Virus record (IMG/VR): IMGVR_UViG_3300020069_000003
Span: 1-64,000 of that record
Direction: 5' to 3' (one strand)
Source of the DNA: a virus
Lineage: Duplodnaviria > Caudoviricetes
DNA length: 64,000 nt
Shown: piece by piece, positions 1 through 7,962 of the stretch
How positions within the stretch are numbered: position 1 is the first letter of the stretch
How the letters are laid out: each line of letters starts with the position of its first letter
Made by a program: the position numbers and the translations under genes
The notes under the pieces: generated by a model
Told to the model about the DNA's origin: nothing
Databases searched by the model: none
Seen by the model: the letters and a program-made list of their open reading frames with translations, nothing else

Positions 1-12
1 ACCATCACCACC

Positions 13-267
13 ATGAACCTCAAGCTGATGCAGAAGGCATATGAAGCAGGTGACGTTGAGTCCTTCTGCAAGCTTCAGGACCGGGTGCACGCCGTACACG
101 ACCGGCGTAAGAAGATGGTACCGGTCGAGGTGCCGACCCGGCTGGTGGTGGACCAGAACACCACGGTGCAGACCGACCAGGACCGCGAGCTGGCGGAGAT
201 GCTGGCGAACAAGGCCCAAGAGGTCGAGGACACCGTCCGCTGGCTGACCGAACAGACCCAGGGCTGA
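13..267 (+). CDS. hypothetical protein
   Basis: ATG ORF, 84 aa, GC3-rich codons. Confidence 0.7.
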   Translation: MNLKLMQKAYEAGDVESFCKLQDRVHAVHDRRKKMVPVEVPTRLVVDQNTTVQTDQDRELAEMLANKAQEVEDTVRWLTEQTQG

Positions 268-328
268 AGTTCTGTTTGCCCCGGCGGGGTACCTGCGTCC
301 CCGGCAATCGGTGCGATAGGATGACACC

Positions 329-595
329 ATGGCTGGACTTGTAGCAGACGGTGACCTCACCGACGCGATCGATCGGTATCTGCACGCTGTGGGCTGGGCT
401 GTCGCCGACCTGCCGGTGCTGGACGTGCTGGTGGTGATCCACCGGCGCGGCTACGACGAAGACGGAGCCAAGTCGCTGACGTCGACCATCGTGCCCACCG
501 ATTCGTCCGTACCGACCCTGATGGGCATGTGCAGGTCGGCCGAGATGCGCTTCGAGAAGATAGTCAGTGCGTCTTTCGTCGATCCGGAGGAGTAG
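329..595 (+). CDS. hypothetical protein
   Basis: 88 aa ORF with plausible codon usage. Confidence 0.65.
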   Translation: MAGLVADGDLTDAIDRYLHAVGWAVADLPVLDVLVVIHRRGYDEDGAKSLTSTIVPTDSSVPTLMGMCRSAEMRFEKIVSASFVDPEE

Positions 596-605
596 GGTCA
601 CCGTG

Positions 606-944
606 ATGACGCCCCTACGTCGGTACCACCCCACCAAGGAGTGGGAGGTGGTACCTCACGCAATGGTGTCGCCAGCGCCGGACGGGTCGGTAGCCTACTT
701 CCAGGACAGCCTGTCGCCGTCGGTCCGTAAGATCGTCGCCCTGTTCGACGACTCGATCGGGCGCGCGCTGTGCCGGTACCTGGTCGCCTCGATCACCGGG
801 CGCGGGTTCCAGATCACGGACGGGCCGTATCTGCAGGTCCTGGAGGAGGACGGCCTGGTACCGCACGGGTGGGTGATGCTGCGGGCGGTTGCCTGGTGCG
901 ACGAGTTCGATTTGCTGGTACCAGAGGAGGAGAACAAGCCATGA
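606..944 (+). CDS. hypothetical protein
   Basis: In frame with ORF 567..944; ATGA overlap with the next gene. Confidence 0.65.
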   Translation: MTPLRRYHPTKEWEVVPHAMVSPAPDGSVAYFQDSLSPSVRKIVALFDDSIGRALCRYLVASITGRGFQITDGPYLQVLEEDGLVPHGWVMLRAVAWCDEFDLLVPEEENKP

Positions 945-1051
945 CCGACACATACCCGGTGGGACCGCCCAGCAACCCCACGCCGCCTCCACCACCCCCG
1001 CCCCCTCCGCCGCCGCCTGGCCGGTCCTGGTGGAGCAGGTTCTGGCGGTGA
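941..1051 (+). CDS. polyproline micro-protein (36 aa)
   Basis: MTDTYPVGPPSNPTPPPPPPPPPPPPGRSWWSRFWR; GGAGGAG SD upstream; ATGA/GTGA coupling at both ends. Confidence 0.5.
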   Translation: MTDTYPVGPPSNPTPPPPPPPPPPPPGRSWWSRFWR

Positions 1052-1281
1052 CCGAGCCTGCATCCGCGCCAGCCGCCCACCTGATGACCGTTCGGGGCGC
1101 ACCGGAAGGGGGTGGTGTACTGGTCGGCCACCTGCGGTGCGAAGGCCCGGAGACGTACGTGCCGAACATGCCGGGCCAGGAGTACGCCCTGGTGATCGAC
1201 CAGATACAGGCGATCGTGCACCACGAGTGTCCGCCCGGTACCGGCGACAACGTGGGCGACGTGACGATAGGGGTGGTGTAG
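1048..1281 (+). CDS. hypothetical protein
   Basis: GTGA-coupled start, in frame with ORF 889..1281. Confidence 0.55.
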   Translation: MTEPASAPAAHLMTVRGAPEGGGVLVGHLRCEGPETYVPNMPGQEYALVIDQIQAIVHHECPPGTGDNVGDVTIGVV

Positions 1282-2027
1282 TGAGTGTCGAGAGCCGGGA
1301 ACCGGAGCCGGAGGAGCTGGTCGACCGCCTGAAGAGGGCGGTCCGCCGCCGCCCTGAGGTGTACGACCGCGAGGTGCGGCGTACGGTGAGAGAGGCCGAG
1401 TCCTTGACCCTGGCCCATCAGCGGGCGGTGTCGCAGTACCTGGCCGAGCAGGCGGGGGTGGTGTCGGGTGTGCCGGACGCTGCCTCGAGAGCGGTCGGGC
1501 ATGCCTGGCGCACCTACGACGATGTTGTGATCGAGATGATATTGAAGATCGACGATCGTCTGTTCATGGCACGCGAGCGGGTCGACGGCATGACCTGGGA
1601 GCTGAACTTCAAGCCTCGGGCCGACCGGTGGGAGGAGTTCTTGAACTTCTTCGCTCGCAAAGCGGTGGGTTCCATGTCTCAAGATCCCGAGCAGTTCGCC
1701 TACCTGCGGCGCAAGCTGTTCGTGGTCACCCCGGACGACCGGCACGACTCTCGACTGTGCCGGGCCTCCAACGACACCGGCCTGAACCAGGATCTGTGGC
1801 CGCGCTGTCTGTCGGGGGTGGTGCGAAAGGCCCTGCCCGTGAACCTGTTCTCGGTCATCGGTGACGGTGTCGGCCCTCAAGAGCTTCTGGCACAGCCGTA
1901 CCGTGACGGGCGCGCGCTGGGCAGGTGCCGCTGTCGGTGTCACCAGCATCCGCTGGCGGACGTCTGCGATCCCGAGTATCACAGCACCTACCTGGCCGAC
2001 TACGACGACCGCTTGTTCGTGGCGTAG
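1281..2027 (+). CDS. hypothetical protein, C-terminal Cys/His cluster
   Basis: GTG overlapping the upstream TAG; CRCRCHQH...C motif. Confidence 0.7.
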   Translation: MSVESREPEPEELVDRLKRAVRRRPEVYDREVRRTVREAESLTLAHQRAVSQYLAEQAGVVSGVPDAASRAVGHAWRTYDDVVIEMILKIDDRLFMARERVDGMTWELNFKPRADRWEEFLNFFARKAVGSMSQDPEQFAYLRRKLFVVTPDDRHDSRLCRASNDTGLNQDLWPRCLSGVVRKALPVNLFSVIGDGVGPQELLAQPYRDGRALGRCRCRCHQHPLADVCDPEYHSTYLADYDDRLFVA

Positions 2028-2054
2028 CGTCTGCGTCTGCGCTAAACTCGACAC

Positions 2055-2459
2055 ATGAGCTGGGAGAAGTGGGACCGAGACCACCGCCCGACGTCGGCCG
2101 ACAAGGCCGCGCGGTCGACCGGTGCGGATTGGGTCAAGCGTGAGTCGGATAATCTGACTCAACTGCACCCCGGACTCAAGCTCAACGTCAGTCGTAGTAG
2201 CGCCGGGCACGTGGTAGTGCACTCGATAGTGGTACCCAAGGACAACAGATCCGAAGGAGTAGGCAGCCACATCATGCAGCATCTTACCCGGCACGCCGAC
2301 GCCCACGGCGACACCATGGCGCTGACTCCGTCCAAGGATTTCGGCGGCACTGTATCCCGTCTGAAGATCTTCTACGGTCGACACGGGTTCAAGCCGAACA
2401 CCGGCCGAAGTCGAGATCTGTCGATCTCCGAGACGATGGTGCGGGAGCCGAAGAAGTGA
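2055..2459 (+). CDS. GNAT-like acetyltransferase with WxKWD leader
   Basis: IVVPKDNRSEGVGSHIM matches the acetyl-CoA motif A (R-x-x-G-x-G); RLKIFYGRHGF matches motif B. Confidence 0.75.
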   Translation: MSWEKWDRDHRPTSADKAARSTGADWVKRESDNLTQLHPGLKLNVSRSSAGHVVVHSIVVPKDNRSEGVGSHIMQHLTRHADAHGDTMALTPSKDFGGTVSRLKIFYGRHGFKPNTGRSRDLSISETMVREPKK

Positions 2460-2929
2460 GCGGTGCAGACGCAGACGGCGGGCAGTACACCAACGCGGTG
2501 TCGCGTGACCGCATGTCGAAGGGTTGGCCGCAGGACGTCGGCACGGCCAAGGCAGATCCATCGGCGGCCCAGGGAATCAACCAGTACCCGGGTGCCAACC
2601 CGACCACCGCCAAACAGCCTTCGGCGCTGGAGTACCAGACCTACGAGACAGTGCCGGGCCAGCAGCAGCACGTGGTGCACAAGGGGGTGCCGATCGGGTA
2701 TGTACAGAAGTACAACGACCCCGGGCACGGCCCGCTGTGGTCGGCTGTCATCGCAGACCAGGTACACGCCCGCAACCCCCACCGGGCACAGACCCAGCGC
2801 GGGTTTCTGCACGCTTCTGACGCTGTCGGGCATCTCACCGACGCCCATCGGGACGTGGCCCAGATCGAGTCCTCCGGTATCTGGCGACCCGGTCCGCCCG
2901 GTGGCGGTCCGAATCTCCCGGGTCACTGA
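2456..2929 (+). CDS. hypothetical protein
   Basis: GTGA-coupled 157 aa ORF. Confidence 0.7.
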   Translation: MSGADADGGQYTNAVSRDRMSKGWPQDVGTAKADPSAAQGINQYPGANPTTAKQPSALEYQTYETVPGQQQHVVHKGVPIGYVQKYNDPGHGPLWSAVIADQVHARNPHRAQTQRGFLHASDAVGHLTDAHRDVAQIESSGIWRPGPPGGGPNLPGH

Positions 2930-3070
2930 TGAACGCCCTATTGCGCAACTGGGACCAGGTCTGGCCCAATTTGGAGGGTAGCGCGGCGTGGTGCTGGCCA
3001 GCGCTGATCTGGCACCACCTGCTGATTAAGCGTCACATCAGCCGACTGTTTACAGAGAACGGAGGACGCC

Positions 3071-3265
3071 GTGGCGGAGAAGAAGGCAGGCGGGGGTGGT
3101 GGAGGCCGCAAGTCCCCCGGCCCGATGCACAGCAAGGCGCAGTGGAGGTTCCTGTACGCCACCAAGAAACCGTTCGCCCACAAGTGGGCCGAGCAGGTGG
3201 TGGCGGAGCGGGGTCCGAAGACCGGGTACCATAGCCTGCCCGATCGCAAGGGGGTTCATCGTTGA
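3071..3265 (+). CDS. small basic protein
   Basis: GGAGG SD plus GTG; K/R/G-rich with SKAQWRFLYATKKPFAHKWA. Confidence 0.65.
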   Translation: MAEKKAGGGGGGRKSPGPMHSKAQWRFLYATKKPFAHKWAEQVVAERGPKTGYHSLPDRKGVHR

Positions 3266-3459
3266 GTTTCTGGCGTCCGTGGCCGGACTATCCGGAACTT
3301 TCTCGATGGGACCTGTTCGTACAGATGTTGATGGACTGGTTCGGGTACCCACACCGCCACGATTGGCAACAGCAGTCCTACCCACGCCGGGGTTGGGACG
3401 GGTCGGTATTTTACCTGAGGGAGTGCTCGACGTGCCACAAGGTGAAACCGTACCGGTAA
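3262..3459 (+). CDS. hypothetical protein
   Basis: TTGA overlap; C-terminal CxxC. Confidence 0.55.
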   Translation: MSFWRPWPDYPELSRWDLFVQMLMDWFGYPHRHDWQQQSYPRRGWDGSVFYLRECSTCHKVKPYR

Positions 3460-3496
3460 ACGCCAGACCGCTATGCACAGAAAGGTCGAGTAAGAT

Positions 3497-4033
3497 ATGA
3501 GCACGCTTCCGCCTGCGGGTTCGATTGGGCTGGTTAAAGTCGAGGGTGTGGTCGGCGAGGCCATCCGGGTCGGCCAGTGGCTCGACGGCGACGGGTTCGA
3601 GGACTACGAGCACGCGTTCGTGTTATATCAGCGCGGCTCCCAGGCCGCCCTGTCGACTGTGGTCGAGGCTGAGCCGGGCGGTACCCGGTTTGCCGGTCTG
3701 GAGGAGTACCGGGGCCGGAAGGTCCTGTGGCTGCCGTGCCCGGAGCAGTACACCACTGCAGTGATGATGGCTGCGGTGACCTACGTCGGTCTGCCGTACT
3801 CGTTCACCGACTACGCCGCGATCGCCGCCCACCACCTGCACCTGCCGGTAGCCCGCCTGCTGGAGGCCGTGGTCGAGCACAGCCACCACGTGGTCTGCTC
3901 CCAGCTGGCCACGGCCTGCGCTGACAAGGCCGGTTGGCCGCTGTTCCCCCCGAGTGAGTGGCCGGGGTACGTCACCCCCGGGGCGCTGGCGAAGCTGGTG
4001 CCCGCCGGTACAGAGCCGCAGCTGATCGAGTGA
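3497..4033 (+). CDS. permuted papain-like (NlpC/P60, YiiX/YebB-like) amidase
   Basis: His in YEHAFV precedes Cys in VCSQLA; EAEPGG, YVGLPYSF and VTPGAL motifs. Confidence 0.75.
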   Translation: MSTLPPAGSIGLVKVEGVVGEAIRVGQWLDGDGFEDYEHAFVLYQRGSQAALSTVVEAEPGGTRFAGLEEYRGRKVLWLPCPEQYTTAVMMAAVTYVGLPYSFTDYAAIAAHHLHLPVARLLEAVVEHSHHVVCSQLATACADKAGWPLFPPSEWPGYVTPGALAKLVPAGTEPQLIE

Positions 4034-5733
4034 CTGTCATCGACACGCCGGTCGAGGCTGTCGAGGACTTCCCCACCCACATCATCCGGCCGTCCGAGCG
4101 TATCGGCTATCTGCGGGGCGAGACCTCCGAGACGTTCGACCCGGTATCGTACATCCGGTCCAAGGACATAGGGTGGAAGAGCCGACCGTCTCTGCTGGCC
4201 GATCCCACCTCCTCCGGTACCGAGTGGCGCAAGGCGCAGACCAAGCTCGACCCGATGCTGTTCGCGCTGCTGTACCTGCGCGACCACCTGAAGTCCGAGG
4301 CCACCCGGAACGAGATCACGTTCTGTGACGCCCACCTGGACTGGTGCCGTGAGGCCCTCGGCTGGGTGGTGCCGACGCGCCAGCCGCGCGAGGCGCGTGA
4401 CGTCTACGTTGCCCCGCGCGAGCTGGGCAAGTCAACCTGGTTCTTCCTGATCCTGCCGCTGTGGGCGGCAGCACACGGACACCGCAAGTTCATCGCGGCA
4501 TTCGCGGACGCGGGCACCCAGGCCGAGATGCACCTGCAGACTTTCAAGAACGAGCTGGAGAACAACCAGCTGCTGCAGAAGGACTTCCCGGACCTGTGCG
4601 AGCCTGCGACCCGGTACCGGGGCGCCACCCAGTCCGACACCAAGGGCCTGACGATCCGCAAGTCGGGGTTCGTGTTCGGTGCCCGGGGCGCCGACTCCAA
4701 GACCCTCGGCATGAAGGTCGGGCACCAGCGGCCCGACATGCTGATCCTGGACGACATCGAACCGGGCGAGGACCAGTACTCAGAGTTTCAGGTGCAGGGA
4801 CGTCTAACCACCATCACCGACGTCATCTTTCCGCTGTCCGAGTACGCCCGCGTGGTGATCGCGGGTACGGTGACCCTGCCGGGTTCGATCATCCACCAGC
4901 TGGTCCGATCGGTCACGGAGCCGGAGGACGACCACCCGGAGTGGATCTCCGAGCAGAATATGCGGGTACACTACTACCCGCCTATCCTGACGAACGACGA
5001 CGGTACGGAGCGCTCGATCTGGCCTGCCAAGTGGCCGATAGCCTACCTGCAGGCGATCCGCCACACCCGGTCGTTCCTGAAGAACTTCGCCAACTCGCCG
5101 ATGGGCATGGACGGCGACTACTGGACCAAGGACGACTTCAAATACGGGTCTCTGACCGGCAAGACCCGGGTGGTACTGTCGATCGACCCGGCGGGCAAGA
5201 CCAAGACCACCTCGGACTGGACGGGTCTGGCGGTGGTGGGCTGGTCCCCGCCGCTGGACAACGCCGATCCGCGCCGGAAGGCCATCGACGCCGACGACAT
5301 CCAGGCGGCTGTCCTCGGCAACCTCGGGATGTGCGAGGTGATGTACGCCCGCGCGGTGAAGCTGGTGGGCGAGAAGCTGCGTGCGGAGGTGCTGCGGGTT
5401 CTGGAGGCGTTCCCCGAGATCGGTCTGGTGCTGGTCGAGATCAACCAGGGTCAGGAGCACTGGTACGACATCCTGCACCATCTGCCGTGCAAGATCCAGC
5501 TGATCGACCAGACGGTCGACAAGCGGGTACGCGCGGCCGAGTCGCTGGCCCACTATCAGCGGGGCAGGGTGATGCACACCGCCCGCCTAGGCGCAGCCGA
5601 GGAGCAGATGGTGTCGTTCCCGCGCGGTCCGAACGACGACATGGTGGACGCGGTGGGGTCGGCAGTCACCCGGCTGCTGCGGCGCAAGAAACGTACCGGT
5701 ATCCAGGCCCAGAACGTCGGATCGTACGCCTGA
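4030..5733 (+). CDS. terL: terminase large subunit
   Basis: Walker A APRELGKST, Walker B LILDDIE, nuclease motifs SIDPA and DDMVDA; start taken at the GTGA overlap. Confidence 0.93.
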   Translation: MTVIDTPVEAVEDFPTHIIRPSERIGYLRGETSETFDPVSYIRSKDIGWKSRPSLLADPTSSGTEWRKAQTKLDPMLFALLYLRDHLKSEATRNEITFCDAHLDWCREALGWVVPTRQPREARDVYVAPRELGKSTWFFLILPLWAAAHGHRKFIAAFADAGTQAEMHLQTFKNELENNQLLQKDFPDLCEPATRYRGATQSDTKGLTIRKSGFVFGARGADSKTLGMKVGHQRPDMLILDDIEPGEDQYSEFQVQGRLTTITDVIFPLSEYARVVIAGTVTLPGSIIHQLVRSVTEPEDDHPEWISEQNMRVHYYPPILTNDDGTERSIWPAKWPIAYLQAIRHTRSFLKNFANSPMGMDGDYWTKDDFKYGSLTGKTRVVLSIDPAGKTKTTSDWTGLAVVGWSPPLDNADPRRKAIDADDIQAAVLGNLGMCEVMYARAVKLVGEKLRAEVLRVLEAFPEIGLVLVEINQGQEHWYDILHHLPCKIQLIDQTVDKRVRAAESLAHYQRGRVMHTARLGAAEEQMVSFPRGPNDDMVDAVGSAVTRLLRRKKRTGIQAQNVGSYA

Positions 5734-5734
5734 A

Positions 5735-5752
5735 CCCCCGCTGTCGCGGGGG
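5735..5752 (+). terminator. GC hairpin after terL
   Basis: CCCCCGC-TGTC-GCGGGGG between convergent genes. Confidence 0.5.
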
Positions 5753-5777
5753 CTCGGGGCGGGGGTGGTGCAGGGGG

Positions 5778-6005
5778 CTAGCTGACCCACGCGGAGACCG
5801 CCTCGACCTCTTCGGGGAGGCAGTGGACGTAGTACACCGTCGAGGTCTGTCCGTCCTCGTGGATCCGCTCGATGCGGACGCGCGCGGAGTCCCGGAGGGT
5901 TCCGCTCGCGGTGACCTCCTGACCGATCTGTCGGGTGGTACGGACGCCACCGGCGGGGGTGGTGTGCTCGATGACCTCGGTGGTGTCGGCCGTGAACTCG
6001 AACAT
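5778..6005 (-). CDS. hypothetical protein
   Basis: 75 aa, GAGG SD, part of the leftward cassette. Confidence 0.7.
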   Translation of the reverse strand: MFEFTADTTEVIEHTTPAGGVRTTRQIGQEVTASGTLRDSARVRIERIHEDGQTSTVYYVHCLPEEVEAVSAWVS

Positions 6006-6068
6006 CTCGGGTTCCTCTTTCTTCCGGCGGGGACCGGTTGTCCCCTCTACCCACAGTCAACCACGCCC

Positions 6069-6083
6069 TTGACCAAATGTCAA
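6069..6083. promoter_or_regulatory. TTGAC-N5-GTCAA operator / -35 element
   Basis: Perfect TTGAC-CAAAT-GTCAA, intergenic. Confidence 0.7.
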
Positions 6084-6128
6084 GATACGACGACGCCCGC
6101 CGGACAACCGGCGGGCGGGGGCGATGTA

Positions 6129-6323
6129 TCAGGCCACCAGCAGCCAGTCGGTGGCGGCGGTGTCCTCGTCGGTGGGCTCGTACCGGACCAGCGTCTCGGA
6201 CAGCTCGTCCCACAACTCGCGGCTTCCGTCCGGGTTCTGGCAGACCATCAGCGTCTGGGGCCAGCCCTCGCGCTGGACCGGCTCGCCGAGACCCAGGTAC
6301 TTGGCGGCGTCGTCGAAGTTCAT
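6129..6323 (-). CDS. DUF2829/Tad2-like small protein
   Basis: MNFDDAAKYLGLGEPVQREGW resembles the MxFxxALxxLKxGxxVxRxGW N-terminus of DUF2829. Confidence 0.5.
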   Translation of the reverse strand: MNFDDAAKYLGLGEPVQREGWPQTLMVCQNPDGSRELWDELSETLVRYEPTDEDTAATDWLLVA

Positions 6324-6372
6324 CTCAGTGCCTCTCGCTAGTTCTTAACCTTAACACCATTCAATCATACCC

Positions 6373-6387
6373 TTGTCTGGCTGTCAA
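6373..6387 (-). promoter_or_regulatory. operator/promoter TTGAC-AGCCA-GACAA (minus strand)
   Basis: Upstream of leftward gene 6129..6323. Confidence 0.6.
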
Positions 6388-6444
6388 TGTTGGGGCACAG
6401 TGGCGCCCCCGACCCGGTGCGGGTCGGGGGTCGCGGGCCGAAGA

Positions 6445-6924
6445 TCAGATCTCCGGGATCGTGATGTAGATCAGTCCGCCCATCGGGTGGTTTACGAGGA
6501 ACTCGGTGGTGCCGGTAGCCATCTGCTCCACGTGCGCCTGAGTCAGGGGGACCGTGTACAGTCCGTACTGGGCGTCCTCCTCCTCCACCATCTTGTCCAG
6601 CTGCTCGATCGTGACGGAGCTGTCGGCCAGATCCGCGCCGACCAGCTCGGCGATCGCACCCACGACCAGATTCCGGTCGGTGACGTAGGGGATGGCACCG
6701 GTGGAGGTCTCGTAGGACACGGCCACCTGCCAGCCCTGGGACAGCTCGGGCTTGGAGGCGACGGCCGGGGTCTCGATGATCGGCCGAGCGTCCACCTTCC
6801 CCAGCAGGTCGCGCAAGGTGTCGGCGTAGTCCGTCATGCCCGACTCGATCGCCTCGCGGATCACGGTGCCCAGCTCGCTCTTCAGAGCAGTGGCGGTTTC
6901 GGCGTCGATGATGTACTCGGTCAT
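6445..6924 (-). CDS. hypothetical protein
   Basis: ATG at 6924 with GAGA SD. Confidence 0.75.
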   Translation of the reverse strand: MTEYIIDAETATALKSELGTVIREAIESGMTDYADTLRDLLGKVDARPIIETPAVASKPELSQGWQVAVSYETSTGAIPYVTDRNLVVGAIAELVGADLADSSVTIEQLDKMVEEEDAQYGLYTVPLTQAHVEQMATGTTEFLVNHPMGGLIYITIPEI

Positions 6925-6989
6925 CTCGGTGTCTCTTTCGACCAGGGGGGCGGCCAGCCCGCCCCCTCTAGGACCAGTCAACCATAGGA

Positions 6990-7004
6990 TTGTCCCCCTG
7001 TCAA
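6990..7004 (-). promoter_or_regulatory. operator/promoter TTGAC-AGGGG-GACAA (minus strand)
   Basis: Intergenic, upstream of leftward gene. Confidence 0.6.
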
Positions 7005-7034
7005 TACTTCTGACAGGGGGACAGCCTGCGCCGG

Positions 7035-7259
7035 TCAGGCGCCTTCGTATTGGCGGTTTTCGAAGTTCTCGGTCAGGGAGGACTCGCCCGGCTCATCCTC
7101 CTCTTCCTCGGACTCGTCGATCTTGGTTTCGAGCCACAGCTCGCGGGCGATGTTCTGCGCGGATTTCTTGACGGCGTACTTGCGGGTGACGGCCTGCCAG
7201 CGCTCGGTCCCGTTCTCGCCCCGCAGCAGCGCCCAGACCTGGTACACCTTCTTAGCCAT
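7035..7259 (-). CDS. hypothetical protein with acidic tail
   Basis: ATG at 7259 with GAGGAG SD. Confidence 0.65.
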   Translation of the reverse strand: MAKKVYQVWALLRGENGTERWQAVTRKYAVKKSAQNIARELWLETKIDESEEEEDEPGESSLTENFENRQYEGA

Positions 7260-7270
7260 TGTTCCGCTCC

Positions 7271-7618
7271 TCAGCGTGCAATCTCGACGTGAACCAGGTA
7301 CCGGTCTTCGTAGATGCTGACCTCCCGGTCCCAGCGGACGCCGTCCAGCGCCAGCTCCGACAGCGCCTTCACGTCCAGCGGGATCAGCCACTGGCCGGGG
7401 ACACGGTCTGCGGTGTGGTCCGGCTTAATCAGACTGCGCCACTGGGGCTCCAGCGAGCTGTACATCGCGAAACCCAGGGCCTCCCGCACGACGGTGACGG
7501 CAACCAGCCACATCGTCACCGGCTTCAGACGCGCGCCCTCCTTGTCGACCGCGTGGATGTCGGCCAGCCAGCCGGTAGACAGGTCGCGGCCGGACACCTT
7601 CTCGTAGTCGTCACTCAT
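7271..7618 (-). CDS. hypothetical protein
   Basis: 115 aa, GAGGAG SD. Confidence 0.7.
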   Translation of the reverse strand: MSDDYEKVSGRDLSTGWLADIHAVDKEGARLKPVTMWLVAVTVVREALGFAMYSSLEPQWRSLIKPDHTADRVPGQWLIPLDVKALSELALDGVRWDREVSIYEDRYLVHVEIAR

Positions 7619-7630
7619 TTCGGTTACTCC

Positions 7631-7795
7631 TCAGTTGGAGCCGGTACGGCCCACGTTGTGGTAGGTGGCCTCGGACGAGGCAGCCGACTGGGTGTTCTGC
7701 CAGACGCTGCGCCACCCGCACTCGCAGGCGCCCCGGTGGTAGGTGCGCCCGTTGCGCTTCTCCGACTCGGTCCAGGTGTTGCTGTGCTTGGCCAT
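7631..7795 (-). CDS. small CxC-containing protein
   Basis: ATG at 7795 with GAGGAG SD; ACECGW motif. Confidence 0.6.
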   Translation of the reverse strand: MAKHSNTWTESEKRNGRTYHRGACECGWRSVWQNTQSAASSEATYHNVGRTGSN

Positions 7796-7849
7796 GTTCG
7801 ACGTCTCCTCGGGCGGGGGTGGTGTAACGGGGTCCATTCTAGCATAGTA

Positions 7850-7864
7850 TTGTCTAGTTGGCAA
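7850..7864. promoter_or_regulatory. degenerate operator TTGTC-TAGTT-GGCAA in divergent promoter region
   Basis: Flanked by inverted copies of the GGGGGTGGTGT motif (7815+, 7867-). Confidence 0.5.
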
Positions 7865-7962
7865 GCACACCACCCCCGTCTGCGTCCGCACGGGCGTGGC
7901 CGACAGCGTGCCTCGAATGGTTCAATAGACCCAACTTGCTTGAACAGACTCGGAGGTCGTTG

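Noticed and set aside
1-4029. Terminase small subunit
   Set aside because: No upstream ORF showed a recognisable TerS signature; left unassigned.
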